Positions 1 to 13,083 of a stretch of 64,000 nucleotides of DNA are shown piece after piece. The translations under genes were made by a program, and so were the position numbers. A model generated the notes under the pieces. The model ran no database searches. It was given only the letters and a program-made list of their open reading frames with translations, and was not told the origin of the DNA. Location of the stretch: contig JASTWF010000523.1 of assembly GCA_030390025.1 (NCBI GenBank), positions 186,001-250,000 on the forward strand, given 5' to 3'. Source of the DNA: Squalus acanthias. Lineage: Eukaryota. How positions within the stretch are numbered: the stretch's first letter is position 1; each line of letters starts with the position of its first letter.

Positions 1-84
1 TCCCCGTGTGTTTGTTCAGTCCACTCCTTCATTGTGGAAGCAGGGAAATTCTCGTCAGGAGCTGGTCTACTTCATTTTTTAAAA

Positions 85-431
85 TTTGTTTATGGGATGT
101 GGCGTCGCTGGCAAGGCCAGCATTTATTGCCCATCCCTAATTGCCCTTGAGAAGATGGTGGTAAGCCACCTTCTTGAACCGCTGCAGTCCGTGTGGTGAA
201 GGTACTCCCACAGTGCTGTTAGGGAGGGAGTTCCAGGATTTTGACCCAGCAACGATAAAGGATCAGCGATATACTTCTAAGTCAGGATGTTGTGTGATTT
301 GGAGGGGAACTTGGAGGTGGTGGTGTTCCCATGCGCCTGCTGCCCTTGTCCTTCTAGGTGGAAGAGGTCGCGGGTTTGGGAGGTGCTGCCGAAGAAGCTT
401 TGGCGAGTTGCTGCAGTGCATCTTGTAGATG
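85..431 (-). mobile_element. 3' fragment of a CR1/L2/Jockey-group LINE (family B)
   Basis: Same 3' end and YKMHCSNSP motif as 27765-29285 and 32255-34266. Confidence 0.8.
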
Positions 432-994
432 TAACCAGCTCTTCCATTTCTTAACTCTCTGAACATAGAAAAACATCCCAAGGTGCTTCACAAAGGGAAA
501 AAAGCCAATTTTCATGAACTTGCTGTGACCGAGCGATCCACTAGCCCCAGGAACAGGGCAGTTGTTCAATTTGCCACCTGTGCATAAACTGGTATTGTAG
601 ATTTTCCTCCCATTACAGAAACCGCTTTATTTCATTTCCAGTGATTTTAATGGAAGTTGGGCAGATTCCAGGATGAGCAGCTGGTCCCAATTCCAGTTTT
701 ACACCGGGCAGTAGGTTGAATCTCTCGCCCAGTATCTCCCAAAGAACCAGTATAGTTGGAGATGGTTTCATTGTTTGCCAGAGATCAGGTTAAGTAGCCA
801 TCGACAGAAAGCTATACGACGCAGTTTGTGTCTCCACAAAGTAGATTCAGTTTTACACAGAAGCAAACTGCCTATTGTAACTGGAATGTCAAGTCACAAG
901 AAACGCAGACCCTGTGAACAGGTGGTGTCACATCAAGTGGAATCTAACAGCTTCACTTGTGTCTGTCAGTCCATCTCACCCTCTACACCCGCAG

Positions 995-1022
995 TGTAAC
1001 TGGCTGCTTAGAGCTTGCAGAG
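995..1022 (+). CDS. Candidate penultimate short exon of the + strand B30.2 gene (CNWLLRACR-V)
   Basis: C-rich tract + CCGCAG acceptor, strong AG|GTGAGT donor; 28 nt ending in phase 1, compatible with the 1695 acceptor. Confidence 0.45.
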
Positions 1023-1303
1023 GTGAGTGGGAAATAGGGAGGGAAGGGGCTGTGCACAGTGCAAGATGGAGATGTTTAAAGATTGGGCACTCTGTGAAGT
1101 TGGATATTAGCATTTTAATAACTCTGAATACAATCGGCCATTATTAGTGAAGATATTCAGCAGTCATATTGTTTCGCGACACCATAAACAAATGAGAATT
1201 TCCTCTGCTCAGTATTTGTGATGTGTGAAAAGAACGGGTTTATCATTTCACGAGAAATGTTGCACATGGGCAATCTTCCATTTGATTCGGATGTTGCTGC
1301 AGA

Positions 1304-1650
1304 GTGGGGGGGAATTTCAGTCCTGGTAAAGTGAGCGGTGTGCCCATGTGGCAGCACACAGGCTCGGCCGATTTTAATGGCCGTTTATCCTGAGCAGGCC
1401 CCTTGTCGAATTCCCGACCAAAAGAGACAGGATGTTGGCAAGAAACGGCTGCCCAGCCATTAAATTCGGGCAGCAGGAGCCGGCCGCTGAGCAGCCAGGG
1501 GACCGACCCCGGCACAAGGGAAGTGTCGCTGGGGGAGGGGTTGGAAAGGAAGAAGATTAAAGAGGCTGTAAGTTTTTGAAGTGAGTAAAACCAGCGGCCA
1601 ATCCGCTCCGGCCTCTTCTCCGCGCGGCGGTAAGTGAGAATTCACCTCAT
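1304..1650. mobile_element. MITE-like element in the intron before the + B30.2 exon
   Basis: Degenerate TIR GTGGGGGGGAATTTC / GAGAATTCACCTCAT; CpG-rich interior. Confidence 0.4.
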
Positions 1651-1694
1651 GGAATCAATCTGCCAATAAAATGTAATCTTTCATTTCGCTTCAG

Positions 1695-2215
1695 TAACCA
1701 TGGATTCCAACACAACGCATTCCGAGTTAAACGTGTCCGGGGACAAGAGGAGCGTGACCCACCGAGAGACGCCTCATGACACCAAGGAAAGGTTTGATCA
1801 TTATCCACGCTTTCTGGGTTCTGTCCCATTTGCATCAGGTAAACATTACTGGGAGGTGGAGGTGGGGGTGAAGACTGCCTGGGATATAGGCATTGCCAAC
1901 AAGTCCGTCGATGAGAACAACACAACTAACGCTTCCCCCAACATTGAGTACTGGGCTGTGCTGGGGAAAGATGAGAAGGAGTACAAAGCTGTCAGTTCAA
2001 GTGTAATCCTCCACAGTCTGAGCCTGAGACAGATACTAAAGAAGATTGGAGTTTACCTGGACTGTGAGGAAAAAACACTTTCATGTTACAATCCTGAAAG
2101 TCAGTGTCTTCTCCACACAGTCACTGGTATCAGTGGGGATCTGTATCCTTTGTTCAGTCCTGGATTGAACCAAGGAGGCAAAAACTCAGAAGCACTGAAA
2201 ATCTGTCCTCTCTAA
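1695..2215 (+). CDS. Terminal B30.2/PRY-SPRY exon of a second gene (BTN/TRIM-like) extending upstream of the window
   Basis: Acceptor TTTCGCTTCAG|TA, phase 1; (V)TMDSNTTHSEL...RFD...FASGKHYWEVEV...IGVYLDCEE...LYPLFSP; stop at 2215. Confidence 0.9.
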
Positions 2216-2829
2216 AACATTAGAAGTGACAAAGTATCTTTGTAGGCGAGAGGTGTTTCTTAAAGTGCCTCGCAGCTCTGAAATGGACTGAGCCGTTGAC
2301 ATTTATATTCATTTCTATTTTTTGTATTAAACTCATTAAATGTGATGTTCTTTATAGAGTTAAGATTTACTAGTTCAGTAGAAATATTTAAAAGCATAGA
2401 AATGTGTTGGTGCCTTACCTGCATTAAAAGCCCATACGTCACTCTCCCTCTGAGGTGCCTGGATTGAGCAGTTTGAACATCTCTGGATGTCCCATCAGTC
2501 AGGCTGAGATACTCCAAGCTGTTGGCTCTCTTCAGGCTAATAAGGCTCTTGGCCCAGATGGTTTCCAGCTGACTTGAAGGATGAATCCTGAATTAGCGTT
2601 GTAATTATTTCATGAAATGATTAATACTCGTTTCGCCTCCAACACTTGGAGAGATGCTTCAGTCTCTCGTACTGAAAGTGTTTCCCTGTCTGTGAGTTGG
2701 CCTTGTCTTCGCCTCTATCTTTTGAATTGCAACTCATCTGAGTGTTCTGGAGATGGACAGTTTCAATACCTTGGGGATCATGAGGAAGTCTCCAAATTTT
2801 AAAATGAAGCAGAAGTTGATAAAGCTGTT

Positions 2830-3200
2830 CCATTTATAAAAAGAGCAAAATATATGGGGTCCTGGGTTTTATAATCGGGAGTCTAAAGTACAGAGAAATG
2901 ATTCTAAACCAATACAAATCATTGGTTCGGCCTCAGTTAGAACATTGTGTCCAGTTTTCAATGCCTTACTTTGGAAAAGGTGTCAAGGCCCTGGGGAAGA
3001 AATTCAATAAGAGGATATCAGAGATGAGGTTTAGTTGTGAGGAGAGACGGGAGAAACTGGGACTCATTTCACTGCAACACAGAAGAGTAAGAGATCGGAC
3101 AGAAGTGATGAAGGATTTTGATAAGATTCGAGGGGACAAACTATTTCCACTGTTTGGTGGGTCATAACTTTAAGATCCTCACCAAGAAAACGAGGAGAGA
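2830..3200 (+). mobile_element. Old degenerate CR1 fragment
   Basis: YKSLVRPQLEHCVQF motif. Confidence 0.7.
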
Positions 3201-3327
3201 GGTTGTTCCTTGGATCTTCCTGTGGTCCCGGGTATATTTTTGGGTCTTTACCCTGTTTAATCTAGATTTTTTTTGGCTCCTGTAATTTTAAATCATTTCC
3301 ATGGGTGAGTTGTGACTCCCTATGTTT

Positions 3328-3425
3328 ATAAGAACATAAGAACATAAGAAATAGGAACAGGAGTAGGCCAATCGGCCCTTCGAGCCTGCTCCGCCATTTA
3401 ATAAGATCATGGCTGATCTGATCCT
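3328..3425 (-). mobile_element. CR1 3' end with (ATAAGAAC)n tail
   Basis: Same 3' end as 49529-49630. Confidence 0.7.
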
Positions 3426-4350
3426 CACCTCAAATCTAAAGAACACAAGAAGTAGGAGCAGGACCCGGCCACTCAGCTTATGACTCTTCACTTTCCTCGC
3501 TTTCTCAATAACCTTCAGTAACACGCCAAGCATAACAAACAGAACAATCATTCTGTTAGTAGGTTCGCTATTGGAAATTATCTTTTGCTTTCGCAAGATT
3601 TTTCTCTAGCCTTGGAGAGACTAGCGCATCATCAGACCTTGTTTTAGGTTTGAATTATTCAGCAAATTTATTCATCAGCAAGCAAATACATAACCGGGTG
3701 ATATATATACATATATATGCAGCAGAAATTCTATTAGCTTGTCTAAAGGAAAATTAATTAAACCACATTAAGCAAATATATACCTGTGTATTACACACAC
3801 ATTAACAGCAAAAATCTATCATCTAGCTCCTCAAAAGTGAAACATTACAATAGTTGTCTTTCTGCCAGAGCTCGCCAGACTACTCATTCTGTCTTGTTGA
3901 ACTGATCCTGTACAGCCTTGATACTTATACCTTTCCTGGTTTTGTTTTCATGATTTGCTCTCCTGGTCCCAATAACTGCTGCCAATAGTGGGCCAGAACA
4001 GACTCTTCTCCTCAACTTAGTCCTTGTTGAGTTTTCACCATATATCTGCTGTGTACATTCAGTGATCAGATCAGCATTGTCTCGAATGGATGACTGTCCA
4101 CAAGCCTGTATATAAATTGGTTACCGTTGCAGCATTATTATCCTGTTGTATTTAGTGTGATGTGGATTTTATTTTTATTTGCATGTCCTAGCTATTGGGA
4201 TACAATTCAGAAAATAAATTTTCATTTAATACAAAACCCAGTGTGTTGTCCTGAGTGTGCAGATACCTGCTTTTGTCTGTAGCGCACGTGTCTGTGTGTC
4301 GGTGAATGAAATGCCTCCAGGCAGCACTGAGATGTTGAAAATACTAACCC

Positions 4351-4513
4351 ATGGGGATAGAATTTCAACGAGCTGCCCAGGCATAAAACTGGCATTGCAG
4401 ATCGAAGGCCCAGTATAGAACCCGCCCGATTTTCATTTCTATTAAAGAACAGCGGGCGGCTGATTCACAATGCCAGGTTTACACCCGGGCTACAATGTGA
4501 AAATCTACCCCAT
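4351..4513. mobile_element. Short MITE-like element
   Basis: Imperfect TIR ATGGGGATAGAATTT / AAATCTACCCCAT; related sequence at about 597-730. Confidence 0.5.
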
Positions 4514-4592
4514 GGTCCAGTCCCTACTCACATTCCCTGTCAAACAACTTAAATACTACAACAGAACCATCTGCTGCTGCTGGTAAAACTCA

Positions 4593-7500
4593 TAGAGTCA
4601 TAGAGTTATACAGCACAGAAAGAGGCCCTTCGGCCCATCGTGTCTGCGCTGGCCATCAAGCCCTGTCTATCCTAATCCCATTTTCTAGCACCTGGTCCGT
4701 AGCCTTGTATGCTGTGGCATTTCAAGTGCTCATCTAAATGCTTCTTGAATGTTGTGAGGGTTCCTGCCTCTACCACCCTTTCAGGCAGTGAGTTCCAGAT
4801 TCCAGCCACCCTCTGGGTGAAAAAGTTTTTCCTCAAATCCCCTCTAAACCTCCTGTCTCTTACATTGAAACTATGCCCCCTGGTTATTGACCCCTCTACT
4901 AAGGGGAAAAGTTCCTTTCTATCTACCCTATCTATGCCCCTCATAATTTTGTACACCTCAATCAGGTCCCCCCTCAGCCTTCTCTGCTCTGAGGAAAACA
5001 ACCCCAGCCTGTCCAGTCTCTCTTCATAGCTGAAGCGCTCCAGCCCAGGTAACATCCTGGTGAATCTCCTCTGCACCCTCTCCAATGCAATTACATCCCT
5101 CCTATATTGTGGTGACCAGAACTGCACACAGTATTCCAGCTGTGGACTAACTAGCGTTTTGTACAGCTCCATCATAACCACCCTGCTCTTATATTCTATG
5201 CCTCGGCTAATGAAGGCAAGTATCCCATATGCCGTTTTAACCACCTTATCTACCTGTCCTGCTGCCTTCAGGGATCTATGTACATGCACACCAAGGTCCC
5301 TCTGATTCTCTGTCCTTCCTAGGGTCCTACCATTCATTGTGTATTCCCTTGCCTTGTTAGTCCTCCCAAAATGCATCACCTCACACTTTTCAGGGTTAAA
5401 TTCCATTTGCCACTGTTCTGCGCATCTAACCATCCTGTCTATATCGTCCTGTAGCCTGAGGCTTCCCTCCTCGCTATTTACCACTCCACCAATTTTCGTG
5501 TCATCTGCGAACTTACTGATCATACCTCCTACATTCATATCTAAATCATTAATGTACACTTCAAACAGCAAGGGACCCAGCACCGATCCCTGCGGTACAC
5601 CACTGGTTCCTGTGCTGGCAGCTCCCTAGGGAGCTCCTTTGCCATCCGTTGCCATCCTTTGCTCTTGTTCCCCCCAGTCTCCTCTCTTCTGCTGTTTAAG
5701 CTCCCCTGGCTCTAACAGTGGGTATTTTATCCCTAACTGCAAGTTCAAGCTGCAAGGTTAAAGTTACCTGAGCCCACTGCCCATCCCCTGACCATGCCTG
5801 TTCTTTGTTCTCAGTGAGCACTGGCTCTTCACTTAAACTTAGCTCCCAAATTCCCAGACCTCTCTGCCGTCAAGACTACACTTCTCCACTAGACTGGTGA
5901 TCTAGTGACTAGTGGATCGCGAGTGGAGTTCAGAGCCAGGGATCGCGAGAATATCAGTGCTAATCTGATCCTGTGAGAGACAACATCATTCATGTCCGAG
6001 GCCGGGACCCAGGAGCGAGGACGAGCCCAGCAGTGAGGTGAAGGCCCAGGAGTGGCATAGCGTGGACCAGCAGTGGGGTCGGGGCCCAGCGAAGGTGCGG
6101 CACGGGCCAACAGCGAGGTCGGGAGGACCACAATGCATCCTACGAAACCCAGGCAGAAAGGACCTGCGGGAAGGAGGGAGGAGGACAGTAGGAGTATGTT
6201 TGTGTGTGTGTGCTAGGCCTTTGTAGCAGAGCCTGGTCTCCAATCGTCTTGGATCCCCTTGCCATTGGACCAAGACCTTGCTCTGTCAAGCCCGTGTGGT
6301 AGCTGGTGTGCAACGGCCACCCCACGTTAAAAGAATTCACGCACAGGCATCTTCCACCCTTTAAAATGAATTTCGGGACCTGGAACGTCAGGACCCTCAT
6401 GGACAACCCCAACAGTGACAGACCGGAACGCCGTACTGCTATCGTTGCCTGGGAGCTCAGACGTTTCGACATTGACATCGCCGCCCTAAGTGAGACCCGG
6501 CGGGCAGGGAAAGGCCAGCTCAAGGAGCAAGGCGGTGGTTACACCTTCTTCTGGAAAGGCAAACCTGAAGAAGAACGCCGCCTCCATGGGGTAGGCTTCG
6601 CCATAAAAAATGAACTAGTTGGGCGTCTCAGAGACTCCCCATGCGATATAAACGAGTGCCTCATGACTCTTCGGCTCACCCTAGCCTGGAACCAGTGCGC
6701 TACGGTCATCAGTGCGTACGCCCCAACACTGGAAGCCACAGACGAGACCAAAGAGGAATTCTACTCCAGCCTCGAACAATCCCTGTCCCGAGTCCCAACG
6801 GGCGACAAGCTGATCCTCCTTGGAGACTTTAACGCCAGAGTTGGAAAGGACACTGACCTCTGGGGAGGTGTGATCGGCAGAGAGGGTGTAGGGAAAGCCA
6901 ACTCCAACGGTACCCTCCTCCTGTCGAAATGCTTAGAACATGGCCTTGTTCCGTCAGAGAGACAAGTACAAGGCTTCATGGCAGCACCCTCACTCCAAGC
7001 ACTAGCACCTACATCATCGTCCGAGCGAGAGACCGCAACGACGTCCGCATCACCCGCGCCATGACAGGAGCCGACGACTGCTGGACAGACCACCGCCTAA
7101 TCCGCTCTGTCATCTCCATCAATGTAGCCCCAAAACAGCGGTGGCAACAGAAACAATGCCGCAGGAAAATTAACGCTGGAGCACTCAAAGACCCCGCTAA
7201 GAAGGCCCTATTCAGCCTGCGCCTCACTACCAACCTGACGACTCCCAGTGATTCGGAGACACAGAATGTCCACAGAGCCTGGTCTGCACTCAAGGCCTCC
7301 ATAATCAGCACCTGTGAAGAGACGCTCGGTCATTCGACCAGGAAACACCAAGACTGGTTTGACAAGAACGACCAGGAGATCCAGGAGCTAATAAGCCGCA
7401 AGCGTAAGGCATTCCTGATCTGGAAACAGCAACAGAACTCGAGAGCAAGAAAGCAGCTCTACAGACGCCTGAAGGCTGAGGTCCAACAAAAAACTCGCGA

Positions 7501-9996
7501 CCTAAAGAACAGATGGTGGGTGGAGAAAGCGCAGGAGATCCAGCAGCTAGCCGACAACCACGACGTGCGTGGATTCCTTAGCGCAGTCAAGACCATCTAC
7601 GGCCCAAGCACCCAAGATCCTTCCCCACTGCGGGCCAAGAACGGAGAGGTACTCATCAAGGACAGAGAGGCAGTCAGTGCCCGCTGGAAGGAGCACTTCG
7701 AAGATCTCCTTAACCGCGACTCTGTCTTCGGCGCGAGTGTCCTCAACTCCATCCCGCAGCATGCTACCCGCCACCATCTCAGCACAAACCTAGCCCGGCA
7801 TGAGGTTGAAAAGGCCATCCGACAACTGAAGAACAACAAGGCATCAGGAGCAGATGGAATCCCCGCCGAGGCACTAAAGCATGGCGGAGAAGCACTGCTG
7901 GCGCGAATTCATGAACTCATTTCTCTTATCTGGAAGGAGGAGAGCATGCCAGGGGATCTCAGAGACGCTGTAATTGTGAACATCTTCAAGAAAGGTGAAA
8001 GTCTGCGGTAATTACAGAGGAGTCTCCCTGCTGTCTGCCACAGGGAAAGTCATCGCAAGAATCCTCCTCAATCGCCTTCTCCCAGTGGCTGAAGAGCTCC
8101 TCCCAGAGTCGCAATGTGGATTCCGCCCACTAAGGGGTACAATGGACATGATCTTCACCGCGTGTCAACTACAAGAGAAATGCAGGGAACAGCACCAACC
8201 GCTGTACATGGCCTTCTTTGATCTCACAAAGGCCTTTGACACTGTCAACCGTGAGGAATTATGGAGTGTCCTCCGCAAATTCGGCTGCCCTCAAAAGTTT
8301 GCCACCATCCTCCGCCTGCTTCACGACGACATACAAGCCATGATCCTGACCAACGGTTCCACCACAGACCCAATTCACGTACGAACCGGGGTCAAGCAAG
8401 GCTGTGTCATCGCACCAACGCTCTTCTCGATCTTCCTTGCTGCAATGCTCCATCTCACCCTCAGTAAGCTCCCCGCTGGAGTGGAGCTAATTTACAGAAC
8501 AAACGGGAAACTGTTCAACCTCCGTCGCCTCCAGTCCAGATCCAAGGTCGTCCCATCCTCTGTCGTCGAATTACAGTATGCAGACGACGCTTGCGTCCGC
8601 GCTCACTCGGAGGTCGAACTCCAAACCATCGTCAACACCTTCACCGAAGCGTACGAGAGCATGGGCCTTACACTAAACATCCGTAAGACAAAGGACCTCT
8701 ACCAACCTGCCCCCGCCACACAGTACTGCCCCTCGATTATCAAAATCCACGACAAGGCCTTGGACAACGTGGACCACTTTCCATACCTCGGGAGCCTACT
8801 GTGAACAAGGGCAGACGTCGATGACAAAGTCCAACACCGCCTTCATTGTGCCAGTGCAGCCTTCGGTCACCTGAGGAAGAGAGTGTTTGAAGACCAGGAC
8901 CTCAAACCTGGCATCAAGCTCATGGTCTACAGAGCAGCAGTGATACCCGCCCTGCTGTATGCCTCAGAGACATGGACCATGTACAGCAGGCACCTCAAAG
9001 CACTGGAGAGGTACCACCAACGCTGCCTCCGCAAGATCCTGCAAATCCATTGGCAGGATAGGCGCACCAACGTCAGTGTTCTCGTTCAGGCCAACATCCC
9101 CAGCATCGAAGCTTTGACCACGCTCGATCAGCTCCGATGGACAGGTCACATTGTCCGCATGCCCGATACGAGGCTCCCAAAACAAGCGCTCCACTCGGAC
9201 ATCCTCAAAGCCTCCTTGAAAAAGTGTAACATCCCCACCGACACCTGGGAATCCCTGGCCCAAGACCGCACAAAGTGGAGGAGAAGCATCCGGGAAGGCG
9301 CCGAACACCTCGAGTCTCTTCGCCGGGAGCAAGCGCAGGCAGCGCAAGGAGCACACGTCAACCCAAGCACCCCCACCCATCCGCCCCTTCAACCACCGTC
9401 TGCCCCACCTGTGACAGAGACTGTAGGTCCCGCATTGGACTCATCAGTCACCTGCAAACTCATTTTTAATGTGGAAGCAAGTCATCCTCGGTTCCGAGGG
9501 ACTGCCTAAGAAGAAGAAGACCCCACTGGACACAGGCTTCTAGTCACAAAAACAACCTTCGACCATCACCCTCTGCCTCCTGCCACTAAGCCAATTTTGG
9601 ATCCAATGTGCCAAGTTGCCCTGGATCCCATGGGCTCTTACCTTCTTGACCAGTCTCCCATGCGGGACTTTGTCAAAAGCCTTATTGAAGTCCATGTAGA
9701 CCACATCAACTGCATTACCCTCATCCACACACCGAGTCACCCCCTCGAAAAATTCAATCAAATTGGTCAGACATGATCTCCCCCCGACAAAGCTATGCTG
9801 ACTATCCTTGATTAATCCCTGCCTCTCCAGTGGAGACTAATTCTGTCCCTCAGAATTTTTTCCAATAATTTCCCTACCACTGATGTTAGGCTCACTGGCC
9901 TGTAATTCCCTGGTTTATCCCTACTACCCTTCTTGAACAATGGTACTACGTTAGCTGTTCTCCAGTCCTCTGGCATCTCCCCTGCGGCCAGAGAGG
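4593..9996 (-). mobile_element. CR1 LINE 3' portion split by the RTE insertion (4593-5606 and 9521-9996)
   Basis: FADDTK and EYCVQFWSP motifs; the sequence is continuous across the RTE. Confidence 0.9.
5607..9520 (+). mobile_element. RTE-clade non-LTR retrotransposon, near full length, frameshifted, nested in a CR1
   Basis: APE (GTWNVRT, ALSETR, LGDFNAR, TDH) and RT (GVKQG, YADD) fragments at 6367-9500; (AAG)n 3' tail; TSD CCACTGG at 5600-5606 and 9523-9529. Confidence 0.92.
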
Positions 9997-10241
9997 TTCC
10001 TCTCTGAGAGAAACTCGCCTCAGGTTCCTCTCTGAGAGAAACAGTTGGACAGAATAATGGGTTTGAACATTACTGCTGGCAGGGACATGTGTCTATTGCG
10101 AGCTCCAATTAACTGGCAGGCAGGTTCACATCTTTCTAAACAGCACAGATATTCTGCTCTCACTCAGGAAGTGCTGGAATTCACCATTGCCTTTAACATC
10201 CACAGAGGAACAAGAATCAGCCACTGCTGAGTGTTAACCAG

Positions 10242-11112
10242 TGATTCTGACTACCAGTGCCCGTGTGGTGTTGGGCAGGGACAACACTGATTCTGGCCAC
10301 CAGGGCCCGTGTGGTGTTGGGCAGGGACAACACTGATTCTGACCACCAGTGCCCGTGTGGTGTTGGGCAGGGACAACATTGATTCTGGCCACCAGTGCCC
10401 GTGTGGTGTTGGGTAGAGACAACACTGATTCTGACCACCAGTGCCCGTGTGGTGTTGGGCAGGGACAACACTGATTCTGACCACCAGTGCCCGTGTGGTG
10501 TTGGGCAGGGACAACATTGATTCTGGCCACCAGTGCCCGTGTGGTGTTGGGTAGAGACAACACTGATTCTGACCACCAGTGCCCGGGTGGTGTTGGGCAG
10601 GGACAACATTAATTCTGGCCACCAGTGCCCGTGTGGTGTTGGGTAGAGACAACACTGATTCTGACCACCAGTGCCCGTGTGGTGTTGGGCAGGGACAACA
10701 CTGATTCTGGCCACCAGTACCCGTGTGGTGTTGGGCAGTGACAACATTGATTCTGGCCACCAGTGCCCGTGTGGTGTTGGGCAGTGACATCACTGATTCT
10801 GGCCACCAGTGCCCGTGTGGTGTTGGGCAGTGACAACACTGATTCTGGCCACCAGTGCCCGTGTGGTATTGGGTAGAGACAACACTGATTCTGACCACCA
10901 GTGCCCGTGTGGTGTTGGGCAGGACAACACTGATTCTGGCCACCAGTGCCCGTGTGGTGTTGGGCAGTGACATCATTGATTCTGGCCACCAGTGCCCGTG
11001 TGGTGTTGGGCAGTGACACATTGATTCTGGCCACCAGTGCCCGTGTGGTGTTGGGCAGGGACAACACTGATTCTGGTCACCAGTGCCCGTGTGGTGTTCG
11101 GCAGCAACAACA
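10242..11112. repeat. 46-bp minisatellite, about 19 copies
   Basis: Unit CTGATTCTGGCCACCAGTGCCCGTGTGGTGTTGGGCAGGGACAACA. Confidence 0.95.
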
Positions 11113-11399
11113 TTGGTCTTGTCCCTGATCAGATTGTCTGTCAGCCACTGACATGTCCATAAATCACTCCAGCAAGGGGTGCAGGAGCTGCTGTACCTCG
11201 GCATATGGGACACGTTCCACAGGGGGAGGGAAAGGAGATAGACTGCCCCCACTCACTCGGCAATGCCCAGCCCACTGAGCCCAACAAGGGGGATTCCTAA
11301 CTGCTCTTCCGCCGCCCCTCCATCGCTCTTCACCGGCCCTTTGGCGCCTGGCCCGGCCCGGCCCGGCCCTGGCCTCACACACTGGCTCCCGCTCCTTAT

Positions 11400-12800
11400 A
11401 ATAAAATAAAAACACAGAATGCTGGAAACACTCAGCAGGTCAGGTAGCATCGAAGAGAGGAGAAACAGAGTTAACGTTTCAGGTCGAACCCTTCGTCAGA
11501 ACTGGAAAAGGTTCGGGAGGAGAGATTTTTAAGCAGAGGAGGGGAGGAAAGAACAAAGGGCAGGTCTGTGATGGGATGGAGGGCAGGAGAGATTGAATGA
11601 CTAAAGTGATGATAGTGTAAGGCAAAAGGTAACGTTGACTCTGTTTCTCCTCTCTTCGATGCTGCCTGACCTGCTGAGTGTTTCCAGCATTTCGTTATTT
11701 CAGATTTCCAGCATCCGCAGTATTTTACTATTGTATTAGTTTTGGGAGTCACTGGGCTGATAGTGGATGTTTGTCGATCGCCTATCCCCAGAAATGGAGA
11801 GAGAGAGGTTGAGGAAGGGAAGGGATGAGTCGGAGATGGACCATGTGAAGGTGAGGGAAGAGTGGAAATTGGAAGCAAAGTGAATTAAATTTTCTGGTTC
11901 CGGGCGAGAGCAGGAAACGGCACCGATATAGTCATCAATGTACCGGAAAAAGAGGTGAGGGGACTTGAGTAGGACTGGAACAAAGAACGTTCCACATATC
12001 CCACAAAAAGGCAGACATAGCTAGGGCCCATGCGGGTTCCCATAGCAACACCTTTAATTTGGAGGAAGTGAATGAAGTCGAAAGAGAAGTTGTTAAATGT
12101 GAGATCAGGTTCAGTGAGGCAGAGGAGGGTGGTGGAGGATGGAGACAGGTTGGGCCTCTGTTCAAGGAAGAAGCGGAGCGACCTCAGGCCATCCTAGTGG
12201 GGGATGGAGGTGTAGAGGGATTGGATGTCCATAGTGAAAAGGAGATGGTTGGGGCCAGGAAACTAGAAACTGCTAAACTGGCGGAGGGCGTCGGAAGAGT
12301 CGCGGATGTAGATGGGAAGAGACTGGACAAGGGGAGAAAAGAATGGAGATCGGAAGGACAAGAACAGGCTGAAACAATGGGTCTACCAGGGCAGTCCTGT
12401 TTGTGGATCTTGGGAAGGAGGTAGAAGCGGGCTGTGCAGGGTTGGGGGACGATGAGGTCGGAGGCCGTGGAGGGAAGATCTCCAGAGGAGATGAGGTCAG
12501 TGACAGTCCAGGAAACGATGGCTTGATGTTGGGTGGTGGGGTCATGGTCCAGGGGGAGGTAGGAGGAGGCGGCGGAGAATTTGCCGTTCAGCCTCCGCAC
12601 GGCAGAGGTGGGTTCGCCAAACAGCAGCAGCGCCGACCTTGTCAGCAGGTTTAGTGAGCAGGTCGGGGCCGGCTCTGAGAGAACGGAGAGCTGCAGGTTC
12701 AGAGGGAGGGAGGTTAGAGTGAGCGAGGGGAGCAGAGACAGTGAGACGGCCGATGTCAGGCCGGCAGTTCACCATGAAGAGATGGAGAGAGGGCGAGAGG
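11400..12800 (-). mobile_element. Degenerate Penelope-like element, second family, with pLTR pieces in both orientations
   Basis: KPADK..AAAVW and ARFYLLPKIHKQDCPGRPIVSACSCP RT motifs; pLTR at 11405-11500 (-) and an inverted copy at 11630-11735 (+). Confidence 0.85.
11470..11499 (-). ncRNA. Minimal hammerhead motif of the second Penelope family
   Basis: Minus strand reads CTGACGA-AGGGTTCGACCT-GAAACGTTAAC. Confidence 0.6.
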
Positions 12801-13083
12801 CCAGTGGGAGGGGTCCGGGCGGAGCGAGGATTCTGAAGAGGGGAGAAAGGGTCGGCGGTGCGGGGGGTGGGGGGAGACTCTGGGCGGAGGAGTGGGCGCG
12901 GAGGCGAAGGTACCGGGAGAGCCGTGACGGGAATCTAGCGAGGTAGGCGGGGGATGGGGGGGTAAAGCCGAGGCCGGGGCTGAGGGCTGGGGGTCAGAGA
13001 GGGGCCGCTCAGAGGGGACAGTGAACGCACGGCAGGGGCTGAGAGTGGAAGGACGGAGGGGCTGAGAGGGCAGTGAAGGGGGA

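Noticed and set aside
1630-1635. Strong GTAAGT donor 65 nt before the + B30.2 acceptor
   Set aside because: Lies inside a MITE-like repeat, and no convincing upstream exon reading.
10217-11252. Cys/His-rich repeat ORFs resembling metal-binding proteins
   Set aside because: 46-bp minisatellite; the unit is not a multiple of 3 and the peptide cycles through frames.
11250-11401. TATA-like sequence, GC-rich stretch and GA|GTGAGT donor on the minus strand (possible first exon)
   Set aside because: The TATA overlaps the A/T tail of a Penelope pLTR; no recognisable coding product or downstream exon.
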